The notes beneath the pieces are model-generated. The model saw only the letters and a list, made by a program, of their open reading frames with translations, did not search any database and had not been told where the DNA came from. A stretch of DNA of 52,262 nt from Octopus bimaculoides (lineage: Eukaryota). The position numbers were made by a program, and so were the translations under genes. Positions 35,844 to 49,500 of this stretch are shown here, one piece after another. The stretch covers positions 19,874,724 to 19,926,985 of the forward strand of contig NC_068984.1 of assembly GCF_001194135.2 (NCBI RefSeq). The letters run 5' to 3'. Position 1 is the stretch's first letter. Each line of letters opens with the position of its first letter.

Positions 35844-36210
35844 GCGTGGCTGTGTGGTAAGAAGCTTGCTTCCCAACCACATGGTTCTGGGTTCAGTTAC
35901 ATTGCGTGGTACCTTGGGCAAATGTCTTCTACTATAGCCTTGGGCTGACCAAAGTCTTGTGAGTGGATTTGGTAGACAGAAACTGAAAGAAGCCTACCAT
36001 ATACATGTGTGTGTGTCTGTGTTTGTGCCCCCACCATTGCTTGACAGCCGGTGTTTGTGTGTTTACGTCCCCGTAATCTAGCAGTTCATCAAAAGAGACC
36101 AATAGAAAAAGTACTAGGCTTACAAAGAATAAGTCCTGGAGTCGATTTGTTCGACTAAATGTGATGTTCCAGCATGGCCACAATCAAATGACTGGAACAA
36201 GTAAAAGAGT

Positions 36211-36215
<5 letters not shown>
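35844..36215 (+). mobile_element. Full-length family B tRNA/CORE-like SINE
   Basis: ggcgtggctgtgtggtaagaagcttgc ... gactggaacaagtaaaagagtaaaagag. Other copies or fragments at ~31855-32000(-), 37923-38200, 39128-39270, 41258-41525, 41575-41720(-), 43192-43350, 43470-43805(-), 44420-44740(-), 45304-45450(-), 47250-47460(-), 48790-49140(-), 51590-51800(-) and 52050-52205(-). Confidence 0.9.
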
Positions 36216-36257
<42 letters not shown>

Positions 36258-36830
36258 TTTTGGTGGTGTTACATGAAACCTTCAGCAAGTGTCTTCTCCA
36301 ATACCTCCAAGTCAATCTGAGCTTTGTGAGTGTATTTTAGGTGGAAATTATAAAGTAGCCTATTGCATGTGTGTATGTCTGCATGCTTAAGAGCGTACAT
36401 ATGTATGTACACATGTGCATGCCCATGTGTGTGTCTGTGTGTTTGTTTGCATCCACACTCACTAATACAAAAGTATATTTCCAGGTAACTTTGATGAAAA
36501 GTCTCCTATTAACAAACCGTTCACCCACTTTATGTCTCTGAAATCCTCTACTAAAAATAGGTAATGGTTAGCATCAGGAAGAGCATCCAGCTGTAAAACA
36601 GAGCCTCAATAACATATCTGTCTAACCCATGCTAGCATCAAACAACAGAAGTGAGGACAAAATGAACAACATACATGCTTACCAAAATCTGTATTACTGA
36701 ATTGCAAAAGAAAGAAATACACTTGTATGAAAGAAATATTGCTTCCCATAACTGGAAGTTAGTCCTGACAAAGGGTTATTGAAAACCTTTTGTCAAATAA
36801 AATCAGTTGACCACGCACAAGTACATGCAT

Positions 36831-36894
<64 letters not shown>

Positions 36895-37437
36895 NNNNNN
36901 NNNNNNNNNNNNNNNNNNNNNNNNNNNNNNNNNNNNNNNNNNNNNNNNNNNNNNNNNNNNNNNNNNNNNNNNNNNNNNNNNNNNNNNNNNNNNNNNNNNN
37001 NNNNNNNNNNNNNNNNNNNNNNNNNNNNNNNNNNNNNNNNNNNNNNNNNNNNNNNNNNNNNNNNNNNNNNNNNNNNNNNNNNNNNNNNNNNNNNNNNNNN
37101 NNNNNNNNNNNNNNNNNNNNNNNNNNNNNNNNNNNNNNNNNNNNNNNNNNNNNNNNNNNNNNNNNNNNNNNNNNNNNNNNNNNNNNNNNNNNNNNNNNNN
37201 NNNNNNNNNNNNNNNNNNNNNNNNNNNNNNNNNNNNNNNNNNNNNNNNNNNNNNNNNNNNNNNNNNNNNNNNNNNNNNNNNNNNNNNNNNNNNNNNNNNN
37301 NNNNNNNNNNNNNNNNNNNNNNNNNNNNNNNNNNNNNNNNNNNNNNNNNNNNNNNNNNNNNNNNNNNNNNNNNNNNNNNNNNNNNNNNNNNNNNNNNNNN
37401 NNNNNNNNNNNNNNNNNNNNNNNNNNNNNNNNNNNNN

Positions 37438-37632
37438 TATGGGAGAATATACAAATAATAACAACAGACGAGGACAGGTGGTGTAAATAACAAAAGTATA
37501 TATTAGTATGACGCTCGGGAATACGGAAAGTCTTTGACGTTTCGAGCTACGCTCTTCAACAGAAAGAATACGGAGACAAGGAGAAAAACACGGAGAAAAA
37601 AAAAATTGAATAGTGTTCAGTCAACGGTCAAT
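37438..37632 (-). mobile_element. Penelope-like terminal repeat fragment
   Basis: Contains the hammerhead fold at 37531-37567. A decayed relative lies at ~51840-52010. Confidence 0.6.
37531..37567 (-). ncRNA. Minimal type I hammerhead ribozyme fold (core variant CUGUUGA)
   Basis: Minus strand: TCTTT-CTGTTGA-A-GAGC-GTA-GCTC-GAAA-CG-TC-AAAGA. It has a 5-bp stem I, a 4-bp stem II, palindromic ACGT and a GUC triplet. Confidence 0.6.
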
Positions 37633-38569
37633 CATATATATAATTGTATGAATATATGCTTGTATGTATATATGCTTAATGAGATATATATCATCATCAT
37701 CATCATTGTTTAAAGTCTGCCATTATAATTGGAAAGGAGAGGCATGTAAGGAAGAAGAGGTAAGTGAATTCTGATAAATTGTTAAATAACAATAAAAATG
37801 GAAGGTTCAATCCTCGTTTGAAGCTGCCAATAAAAGTGCTTGTGGGACCTAATTTTAAAGATATGAACCTGTAACTTATTTATTCATAATCCATGCTGTT
37901 TTGGTAAAAATATATATTCTAGGCACAGGAGTGGCTGTGTGGTAAGTAGCTTGCTTACCAGCCACATTGTTCCAGGTTCAGTCCCACTGCATGGCACCTT
38001 GGGCAAGTGTCTTCTACTATAGCTTCAGGCCGACCAAAGCCTTGTGAGTGGATTTGGGAGACAGAAACTGAAAGAAGCCTGTCGTATATATGTGTATATA
38101 TATGTGTGTGTGTGTGTGTGCGTGTATGTTTGTGTGTCCGTGTTTGTCCCCCAACATCGCTTGACAACCGATGCTGGTGTGTTTACGTCCCCGTCACTTC
38201 AACCAGAGTACTTGCCTAAAGTGCCATACAGTGAGAATGAAACTGAAACCATGTGTTTCTTAACCACACAGTCACACACACACTAGCAATGTCCATTTAT
38301 GGTGGGAGTGAACATATGCTTTCGGGAGAAAATCGAAGTAGGAAGTGGAGCAAAAATAGTTTAGAAACACTGATACAGAGGCTCCCTCATTGGTTTAAGT
38401 TTATTCGTTAGACGCAACATTAAACAATATAACTGATAACTGTTGATTAACAGTCGCATATTCAAATCCTGCCAAGTGTAACTCAAGCTTTGTTTACAAA
38501 TTAATATTTACATTCCAAACCTCCCCTTTTTTTTTCATGCTCACATAAAGCTGAATTTACAAATTATTA

Positions 38570-38618
<49 letters not shown>

Positions 38619-38660
38619 TATTATTTATCATATTATCATTATCATCATCATCATTATTAT

Positions 38661-38903
38661 TATTGGGTTGGTGCATAATTATTGCAGCTTTTTTTTAACA
38701 GATTTTATAAAGCAAAAACAATAATATTTAACAAAAACATCTTTAAATGATGGTCTGACCGTCTGCCAAGCAAATGGGAAGCAGTCATTGAAGTAGATGC
38801 TCCGGAATAATCATTTAAAGATGTTTTTGTTACATGTTGTTATTGTTTCTGTTGAATAAAATTTGCTGGAAAAAAGCCCCAATAATTATGCACCAGCCTA
38901 ATA
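38661..38903. mobile_element. Mariner MITE with TA TSD
   Basis: TIR tattgggttggtgcataattatt / aataattatgcaccagcctaata, a second inner inverted repeat, and a central remnant RLPSKWEAVIEVD of a transposase C-terminus. Confidence 0.85.
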
Positions 38904-39575
38904 TTATTATTGTTGCTGTTGTTTTTAACAAGCATTCAAATATGAAGAGTCAAAATGAGTCAATGGGGAGCAAGCAAGTGCTTTATACAAAGGCCAGAGT
39001 AAAATTTAAGCGTGCAGCCATATGGTCAGTAGTCCAGCATATTTGAAGCCCACAGACATTATGTTTAACTTATGAATGATGAAATAACTTTGATATGTGT
39101 CATGCATTGATTTCTGACATAGACAGAAGCATAGCTGTGTTGTGAAGAAGTTTGCTTCTCAACCACGTGGTTTTAAATTCAGTGCAACTGCATGGTACCT
39201 TGGGTAAGCATTTTATGATTTAGCCTTGGACTGATGACACAATTGAGTGGTTTTGGAAACTGAAAGAAGCCCTTCATGTATATACACACACACACACACA
39301 AGTATATACATATGCACACACTCATTCATTCACTCATACATACACAGACATCATACAAACATATAAATATGTGTGTTTATACAGAATGGAATAAGCAGAG
39401 CAATAGCATACATAGAGACAGAAAGTGTTGCTGAAGAGGTCACAGATGTGTGATGAAAGATTTCCAGACAATAGACATGAGTTAGAATAAGAATAGTGAT
39501 AAATGAGTGAAGAATGAATACATAGTGCATATGTTTATTTGGCATAAAAAAAAATTAAAATTTCTATCCCAAAAT

Positions 39576-39626
<51 letters not shown>

Positions 39627-39644
39627 GCACGTGTGCATGCATGT

Positions 39645-39680
<36 letters not shown>

Positions 39681-39829
39681 TGTTTGTATGTGTGTATGCA
39701 TAAAGGTGTGCATGTATGTGAGTGTGTGTCTTGACATCATATGGTAGGTGCAACTAAGCATTACTGTCATGCAAGCATGGAAAAGTGGACCTTTAAACAA
39801 TAACAATAATGATGATGATAACAATGGCA

Positions 39830-39881
<52 letters not shown>

Positions 39882-40344
39882 CAATACTGAAAACAACAAT
39901 GATGATGATGATGCACAGGGCCTCAAGTTTGCAGGGAAGGGAATAGTCTGATTATATCCTCTTCATTACTTCATTGAAACTTTGTTTTATCAAATGCAGT
40001 TGGATGACATGCAAAGTTGACGTCAGCAAGATTTGCAATCAGGAATCAGGATGTAAAATGTTGCAACTCTATACAACAAATTATTTGACACCTAAAACAA
40101 CTGACACATTAACGAACAATGAAATATAATTTCATATGCTGAGTCTGAGGAAGAATTTTTGAATTTTTCATGGAAAAACTGCAATAGTTTACATTCAATC
40201 AGTTTTACCCATTTAAGATTGTGATTACTTTCTTAAATGTAAAGCTTATTTATTGACATTGTTTCGAGTTAATCATGCATTAATTATCTCATAGCTTCAA
40301 ACGTTTGATGATGTAACTGTTTAGTTTTCTAATGATAATGTAAG

Positions 40345-40797
40345 GTCGTTAATGACTTGCAGGCACACGGTATTTCATTAAGCTCATCAAGATAAGTGAA
40401 ATCGTAGTCGTAGACATTACCTGTGTCATATACACGGCACCCATGAAATCGTAATCATGACCGTTGCTGATAGCATGGTCATTGAATGTTGGGCCTCACG
40501 GAGGCGATGACAAGTGACCGAGACCTATAGCAATATGCTGTTCTTGAGAAGACTCATCAAACCAAGTGAAATCGTAGTCATGGCCACTGCCAGTGTTATG
40601 TAAATGGCGCCGGTGCCAATGGCACATAAAAAGCACCCATTACACTCTTGGAGAAGTTTGTGTTAGGAAGAGCATCCAGCTGTAAAAACCATGCCAAATC
40701 AGACTGGAACCTGGTGCAGCTGTCCAGCTAACCAGTTCCAGTCAAACCGTCTAACCCATGCCAGCATGGAAAGTAGACATTAAATGATGATGATGAA
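40345..40797 (+). mobile_element. RTE 3' end (family A) with a duplicated ORF-end segment
   Basis: gaatgttgggcctcacggaggcgatgacaagtgaccgagacc..., aagtgaaatcgtagtc twice, then the family A body and GAT tail. Confidence 0.85.
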
Positions 40798-41062
40798 CCA
40801 TTATGCTACAAAGTATATCAAACGTTTTTTAGCAGTGCACAGGGTAAGTGTGAGAGGCCAGATTTGGCCAGTTTGAACATAAAACAGGCAGATATGGCTA
40901 GTTTTGGGCAGATATGGCTAGTTTAGATATGAAAAGGTTAAACAGATAGCTTGAATAACCTCCTTTTTAAGTCTGAAGTTATTGTTAAAAGTGTTTTAAC
41001 AGTTTATTTACTAGAAGGCCTTCCTTAATATTATGAAACTATTGTGAATTTATTGTTAATCT

Positions 41063-41063
<1 letters not shown>

Positions 41064-41103
<40 letters not shown>

Positions 41104-41257
41104 AGTTTAACGTCCGCTTTCCATGCTAGCATGGGTTGGACAATTTGACTGAGGACTGGCGAATCAGATGGCTGCACCAGGCTCCAATCTGATCTGGCAG
41201 AGTTTCTACAGCTAGATGCCCTTCCTAACACCAACCACTCTGAGAGTGTAGTGGGTG
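41064..41257 (-). mobile_element. Family A RTE-tail copy fused to a family B fragment
   Basis: The A sequence ends at gtagtgggtggca and continues as tcttgggcaagtg (family B, plus strand). Confidence 0.8.
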
Positions 41258-42045
41258 GCATCTTGGGCAAGTGCCTTGTACTATAGCCTTGTGAGTGGAT
41301 TTGGTAGACAGAAACTGAAAGAAGCCCATCATATATATATGCGTGTGAATGTCTTTGTGTCCGTGCTTCTCCCTCACCACCACTTGACAACTGGGGTTGG
41401 TGTGTTTACATCCCTGTAACTTAGTGATTCGACAAAGAGATCTGGGGGTGATTCATTCAATTAAAAATTCTTCACAGCAGTGTCCCAGCATGGTTTCAGT
41501 CTAATGACTGAAACATGTAAAAGATAAAAAATGTGTATGCATGTGTGTGTGTGTGTACTGTGTACACAACAGGTCTCTATATAGTTTCTGTCTACTACTT
41601 TCATTCGCAAAGCAGTGGTCAACCCAGGACTATAATAAAAGACACTTTCCCAAGATGTCATGTACTGGGACTGAACCTGAAACCATGTGATTGCAAAGCA
41701 AGTTTCTTAAGCACACAACCAAGTTCAAGCCTAAATGTAGTGATGATGAGAAAGTAAAGAGTATATTAGAAACTGGAGAACATATCTGTCTGTGTGAGTC
41801 AGTGAGAAAGAGGAGAAAAAGTATCACTTCTTATAATGTTCAATTCTAGACAAATCAAGAGAACTTTGATGTCAATACAAATCATATAATCAACAATTAA
41901 CTTATACGAGTTACACAGATCTAGCCATGATTGGAGCAGTGTTAATTAATATAGCCATTGATTGGATATTCAGATGGATTTCTAAGACACTGGTTTATGT
42001 AACAAACATTCTACGGAAAAAATTAACAAAGAGACTTTAGGTGAC

Positions 42046-42232
42046 AACCCTTTAGCATTTACAATGGCCATATTTACCCCAAATATTCAACCTGCTTTAT
42101 GTTCAAACATGGTCAGGTCCAGTCTCTCATACCTGCCCTACAATGTCATTTTAAAAATAAATAAATAACATCGATGAAATCTTGGAGTTACAACATAAAG
42201 CATGATTAATTCAAGAAATGCTAAAGGGTTAA
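42046..42232. mobile_element. piggyBac-like MITE
   Basis: TIR CCCTTTAGCATT / AATGCTAAAGGG with a right TTAA (left decayed to ACAA). Partial copies at 599 and 40841-40941(-). Confidence 0.7.
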
Positions 42233-43392
42233 GTAAAGTGGCCGTAGACACATTGAAAAACAAAATAAAAGACTAGGTGGCCACAGATGGAATGTCTACT
42301 TGATCAGAACTGACCTAGAGCTAAAAAAACAATGACGTACAATGCAATCTCCATAAGAATACTAAGCAAATTTTAGCTGATATTTATAATGGAAACTACC
42401 AAAAATATAAAAACACAATTAAACACACAAGACATACATTTTAAAATTATGCCTGCATAGCAATGTGTACAATGTTATTAATGTTGTTTAGCCACCACAT
42501 CAGACCTGATCAAACAAACCTATGATCAAAAGCATTCCAGCCTTGATCATCCTATCATATTGTGTATTAAGATCTACATTGTCCAGTTGTCTTTCCCAAT
42601 TCTTTTTAAGACAGTAGGTAGTAATTTTAGAGAAATTTGTTGCTATTTCTAGCAGGCTATGTAACCATATAAAGGCTCTCACATTGGCTCATAATAAATA
42701 CAATTTATTTGAGATATCACCAACTGTAATCCTTTGTTGTGCAAATAACATTTTCAGTGGCATAAATATGAAAGCAAGGGAACTAATTAAAAATAGAAAA
42801 AATGCAATTAAGTAACAATTAATATAATAAACCTACAAGACATTCACAATATGCTTGTAATTAAACGAACTAATTATGAAAACTATAAAACAACTTTGTG
42901 AAAACTATAAAACATTTTTTATTGTTTGAGAAAATTTACACAACACATCACAGAACATACTAATATGTTTTATATCAGAAAGTATTTCTAACCTTACACT
43001 AAAACAATTTGGAATTATGACACACAGAGAGAAGACGTCTGGTGAAGTGGTGGGGCTCTTTATCAGTGGTGCAGAACCCCAGACCAACAGATAAGATTTT
43101 GCCCCACATTCAAATTCTGAACCAGTCACTCAGATAACTCATATGGCATTTACTCTGTGAACTTATATGACAAAAAAAAAAGTAAGTTACAGGCATAGCT
43201 GTGTGGTTTAACAAGTTCACTTCAAAACAATGCAGTTTTGAGTTCAATCCCAAAGCATGGTACCTTGGGCAAGTCCTTTTTTCATGATAGCTTCAGATTG
43301 GCCAGTGCTTTGTGATTGGAATGTAGTGGATGGAAATTGTATGGAAGCCCATCATGTGTATGTGTATGTGTATGAGAGAGAAAGAGAGAGAG

Positions 43393-43432
<40 letters not shown>

Positions 43433-44740
43433 TGCATGTGTGTGTGTGATAATGTGTGATTAATATTGTTTTGGTCATTGGACTGTGGCCATGGCGGGGC
43501 ACTACCTTGAAGGGTTTGGTTGAAGAAATCAATCCCAGTACCTATTTTCAAGTCTGGTACTTAGAAAGTTATGGGGACATAAAAAAACCAACACCAGTTA
43601 TCAAACAGTAGTGGATAACAAATACACACACACACACACACAATAGGCTTCCACACAGTTTCTGTATACCAAATCCATTCCTAAGGATTTGGTTGGCTCA
43701 GTATTATAGCAGAAGACATTTGGCCAATGTGTCATGAAGTGAGACTGAACCTGAAACCACACGGTTGCAAAGCAAGCTTCTTAACCACACGGCCACGTCT
43801 GTGCCTATCACTGTAAAAGTAATTTGATTGTTACAGCTGGATCCTCTTCTTAATACTCTTAGAACTCAAAACTGAAGTGGATGCAATCGGAGGAAACCCT
43901 GAGTACATCAGATGTATGCAGATGTGTGCTTTGTCTAGAAGCACAACAAAGACTGGAATATGGTTGGGAACACAGTAATCTAGCATCATCTATACTAAAT
44001 AAAGATGCTTATTAATTAGTTATGAGCATCTTGTATCTTTTACTTGTTTCAATCATTGGACTGCAGCCATATTAGAGTATTGCTTTGAAGGAGATAAATT
44101 GAGCAGATCAACCTGTTCAATTAATGTTTTGAAACAGATCGAAAATAAAGAACACATTGAATAATGTTGTCTTACATAAACTGTGGCTTTACACAAAAAT
44201 GGGATCTTCATGTCTTTGATCATAATTTCCAAATGTACTGTACAGTGAAACCAAACCTGATTGGGAGGTAAACTTGTTAACCATGCAGTCATGTCTGTGA
44301 CTAAACACCAAATATAAACCATTAAAAATTAAAAAAAAAAACAAGGTCCAGGAAATGTAGAACTGATCAACATTGGCAAAAGTCATTTAATGAACTTCAC
44401 AAATTTTAACGATCTTGTGCGTTGCAAGATTCCTTAAAGAATTTTAGTCTAACAAATTTGCCCCCAGTACTTACTTTTTTAAATCTTGGTACTTATTTTA
44501 TTGGTTCCTTTGGCTGAACTGCTAAGTTACAGGAACATATACACACAAACACTGGTTGTCAAGTAGTGGTGGGAAACAAACACAGACACACACACACACA
44601 CACATATATACGACAGGCTTCTTTCAGTTTTCATCTACCAAATCCACTCACAAGGCTTTGGTCAACCCAAGACTATGGTAGAAGAGACTGAATCTGGAAT
44701 TATGTGGTTGGCAAGTAAACTTTTTACCACACTGCCCTGC

Positions 44741-44780
<40 letters not shown>

Positions 44781-45868
44781 NNNNNNNNNNNNNNNNNNNN
44801 NNNNNNNNNNNNNNNNNNNNNNNNNNNNNNNNNNNNNNNNNNNNNNNNNNNNNNNNNNNNNNNNNNNNNNNNNNNNNNNNNNNNNNNNNNNNNNNNNNNN
44901 NNNNNNNNNNNNNNNNNNNNNNNNNNNNNNNNNNNNNNNNNNNNNNNNNNNNNNNNNNNNNNNNNNNNNNNNNNNNNNNNNNNNNNNNNNNNNNNNNNNN
45001 NNNNNNNNNNNNNNNNNNNNNNNNNNNNNNNNNNNNNNNNNNNNNNNNNNNNNNNNNNNNNNNNNNNNNNNNNNNNNNNNNNNNNNNNNNNNNNNNNNNN
45101 NNNNNNNNNNNNNNNNNNNNNNNNNNNNNNNNNNNNNNNNNNNNNNNNNNNNNNNNNNNNNNNNNNNNNNNNNNNNNNNNNNNNNNNNNNNNNNNNNNNN
45201 NNNNNNNNNNNNNNNNNNNNNNNNNNNNNNNNNNNNNNNNNNNNNNNNNNNNNNNNNNNNNNNNNNNNNNNNNNNNNNNNNNNNNNNNNNNNNNNNNNNN
45301 NNNGGGCTTCTTTCAGTTTCCGTCTACCAAGTCCACTCACAAGGCTTTTGGTCGGCCCGAGGCTATAGTAGAAGACACTTGCCCAAGATGCCATGCAGTG
45401 GAACTGAACCTAGAACCATGTGGTTGGTAAGCAAGCTACTTACCACACAGCTTACTATAAATATCTTTTAAAAGTTTCCTCTTGCTAAATTGTCTTAAAT
45501 ATAAAAGGTTATGTATTTTATAAATTCAAACAATGTCGCTATGAGGTAGGAAACAAACTTTATGCACTTTTGACTGCTGCTCAAGGAAGCACTTAAATGC
45601 TGAGACAAGTAGATAAAAAGACATTCCTTGCTCACTGTAAAGTAGCAACAGTAGTAGTGGTGGTAGCAGCAGCAGCAGCAGCAGCAGTAGTAATAGTAGT
45701 AGTAGCTGTTGGAAATCAAAGTTTCCTCTTTGTCTCCATATAATGAAGCAGTTAATCAAAAATGTAATTTTAGAGGAAATTCTATCTGCCTTTCTTCATC
45801 TTTGTCCTGTTTCTTCCCTCTATCTTCTTTGATTGCACAAACCCACAAACACCAACACACACACACAC

Positions 45869-45905
<37 letters not shown>

Positions 45906-46125
45906 GCAAGTGTGTGTGATTACAAGGTCAATCATCCCACTGTGTGACTCCTTGAACAAATGTCTTATACTATAGCCCTGGGCAAACCAAAGCCTTGTGT
46001 GTGTGGATATTGGATATGGTAGGTAGAAACAGAAAAAAGTTCATTATATATGTATTATGTATGTACTGGTTACTGTCATGTAATTTACTCCAGGTTATAT
46101 CATTAACTTCAATGTATAGCTATAT

Positions 46126-46166
<41 letters not shown>

Positions 46167-46220
46167 TATATATATTTTATAATGTTAGGGAATTACAAAA
46201 TCCGAACTTACAAGGAAATA

Positions 46221-46898
46221 CAATTTAATAATATCGGATCTTTTTTAAAACGGGGGCCACATTTTTCATTAACGAAACACTTTGAAACTTGGAACACTGG
46301 TAGAATGTGTCATATAAAACATCTTTTTCTCTTAGTCTTCTTAAAAAAAAAAGAAATCCATAAGTTATTCCATGTTAAAGTTGTCGTATTTCTGTAATTT
46401 CAACCAATCACTGACGTCCATTCAGCCGATATACATTNNNNNNNNNNNNNNNNNNNNNNNNNNNNNNNNNNNNNNNNNNNNNNNNNNNNNNNNNNNNNNN
46501 NNNNNNNNNNNNNNNNNNNNNNNNNNNNNNNNNNNNNNNNNNNNNNNNNNNNNNNNNNNNNNNNNNNNNNNNNNAGGGTTAGGGTTAGGGTTAAAGCAAA
46601 TTTAAAATGAAAAAAGCAAATAAAACGAAGGTATGGAGATTAAATACGCTTTACACCGCTTAATCAGCCAAAGGAGTAAATGTAAACAACTGAATACTTG
46701 TCAGTGATTGGTTGAAATTATCGAAATAAGACAATTTTTTACATGAAATAAATTCGAATGCAAAAATATTTTTCTGTTCTATAACACAAAATAGATAAGT
46801 ATACGAAGTTTGAAAGTCTTTCGGCACCAAAAACACTACGTAAAACATTAATGAAAAATGTGGCCCCCGTTTTAAAAAAGATCCATAATATCAAATTG
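46221..46898. mobile_element. Inverted-arm element enclosing a gap and telomeric repeats
   Basis: Outer arm ggatcttttttaaaacgggggccacatttttcattaa and inner arm aatttcaaccaatcactgac are both mirrored on the right side. Confidence 0.6.
46575..46593 (+). repeat. Interstitial (TTAGGG)n repeat, truncated by the gap
   Basis: AGGGTTAGGGTTAGGGTTA directly after the N run. Confidence 0.75.
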
Positions 46899-46914
46899 AG
46901 TTGTATAATGAAAA

Positions 46915-47177
46915 ATATTTTAATAATTTAGAGAAGAACCACCATGGTGCAACTCACACAATGAAGGAGATCAGACACCATCAAGAAAGGCGTACTCTAC
47001 AAAATATTAGTTTAAAAATGTAAGAAATCCAAGAGAAAATTTGTAATACTTAAAATCTATGAAATAGTGGACTAAAAATTTAAATCAGTTAAGTTTATAA
47101 AGTTTTCATGATGGTGTCTGATCTCCTTCATCGTGCGAGTTGCGCCATGGTGGTTCATCTCTAAATTATTAAAATAT
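46915..47177. mobile_element. MITE with ~69-bp TIRs
   Basis: atattttaataatttagagaagaaccaccatggtgcaactcacacaatgaaggagatcagacaccatca is mirrored at 47109-47177. Confidence 0.85.
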
Positions 47178-49307
47178 ATATATATATATACACAGCCCAT
47201 GCACATCATATACATGTTTGTATACAATTATATACTCACATTCTCTTTTTTATTATTTGTTTCAGTCAGTTGACTGCAGCCATGCTGGAGCACTGCCTTG
47301 AAGAATTTTAGTCAAACAAATCAACCCCAGGACTTATTTTTTAAGCCTAATTACTTGTTTTCTTGGTAACTTTTGCTGAACCACTAGGTTACAGGGACAT
47401 AAACACACCAACACTGGTTGTCAAGCAGTGATGGGGGACCAATACAGACACACATAGACATAGACATATATATATATGTGTGCATGTATATATATATATG
47501 TATGTATGTATATGTCAATAGTATTATATATCCATCATAGCTGATCTTCAGTTTCATGCTAGAAATACAACGGAATGTTAGGTAACAATCCAATTGTAAT
47601 ATTACATTCATCAGAGTTAGCCAATATGGAAAGAAATATGGCCACACACACATATACCCACTCTTAGACAACTCACACACACACATATGTGTGTGCATGG
47701 TGTGTGTGTCTGTATGATAGTACATGTGAGTGTGTGCATGCATGTCTGTGTGTGCACATGTTACTATCTCCTTGCCTTGACTTTATCCAACAGTTGTAAA
47801 CAAGTGTCACCATCATACAAGTGATGTCCCTTGTTCCCAATCATTTATGAAACCATGTCTTGCCATAGGAAATTACTACATTACTGAGAAACAGGTGACA
47901 GGAAGAGCATCCTGCCATAGAGAAACCATCTCAACAAATTCCATTCAACCTATGCAAGCATGGAAAAGTAGAGATTAAAAACAAAGAAGATTTATAAAAT
48001 ATTCAATACTTTTTTTAGACATATATCTCCTTTGATGTTTTCCCAAAGTAGATTAATTATCTTACTGACAGGTACAGTGTCCACGGGAGGAGAGATACCA
48101 CCTAATGTTAAAATACATCAAGTACTTTCATTATATTACAATCCACTGAATCATTAGTGCACCAGCAAGTACATTCATTGTCTCCATCTCGTGTATCTGG
48201 GGCAAGTTAACTAATCCCAAGTTATACCTACAGGCTAAATGAGCTGTCAATCAATCTTGATAATTGCTTTTACTCTGTGGCACCCTATTTACAGACAGAC
48301 TAGTTCATTGGAAAATTAAAAGTCCTGATCATGCTGTGGGTAACAGGGCATGAATTGCTGCTGCTGCTGCTAGAGCCACACTCTAGCTAACTCAGTCAAG
48401 CATGTTTATGATTTTAGGATACCAACCATAAAAATATAACGGTGGGCAACAATACAGTGGTGGGCAGTAAACACAGACACACACACAGACACACATATAC
48501 GGCAGGCTTCTTTCAGTTTTCGTCTAGCAAATCCACTCACAAGGCTTCTACTATGGCCTCAGGTAAACCAATACCTTATGAATGGATATGGTAAATGGAA
48601 AGTGAAAGAAGGCTGTGCTCACAAGGCTGTACCCACAAGGCTGTGCAAAAGTTCAATAAGTTCAAATACTGTAGAAGTGGAGGTAGGTGTAAAAAAATTT
48701 AATGTTTCAAGTATTTACGTTTCCAACCTATCAGATGAAAAGTTAAGGGTCCAAAACATTACATTCTTTATACTTTTTATTTTTTACCTTTTATTTGTTT
48801 TAGTCACTGGACTGCGGCCATGCTGGGGCACCACCTTCAAGGATTTCAGTTGAACATATTGACCCCCAGTACTTATTGTTTTCAGTCTGGTACTTATTCT
48901 CTTCTAATTTATGAGGACATAAGTAAACAAACCAACACCTGCTATCAAATTGAGATGGAGTCGGAGCCGGAGAAATGAGTACACACATACACACATATAT
49001 ATCTCATGGGCTTCTTTTAGAGTTCTATCTACCTAATCTGCTTACAAAGATTTAGTCAGCCTGAGGCCATAGTAGAAGACACTTACCTAAGGTATCACAC
49101 TGTGGGATGGAACCCAAAACCATGCTCCTTTTTAACCACACTTCTATTAAGACACGTTACCAATGAACCAAACATCGGATGCCAGTAACAATGAACATAC
49201 ATGGCTGTTTGAGACACTCCATTAACGAATCAAATATATAGCATCCAAGACCACCAAATCATTACACATAAACAAGCAACCCAACAAAGAAGCCCTTACA
49301 TGATTGC

Positions 49308-49500
49308 TTGGCCTGCTAAAAATAGCAGTCAAATCTGCCCCTAAGTCATACCCTAAAATCTTAAAGAAGGTGGTCATATTATGACTAAATAAGTCTTGAA
49401 ATATGGTAAAATGACAGGATCAAGACTGGTATATATCTTTGGTTACAGGTGTGCAGTACCAAAGCCATTATGTGATTAAACAACAATAACAACAGAAACA
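49308..49500 (+). repeat. Family E interspersed repeat
   Basis: gcctgctaaaaatagcagtcaaatc...aaacaacaataacaac. Confidence 0.6.
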
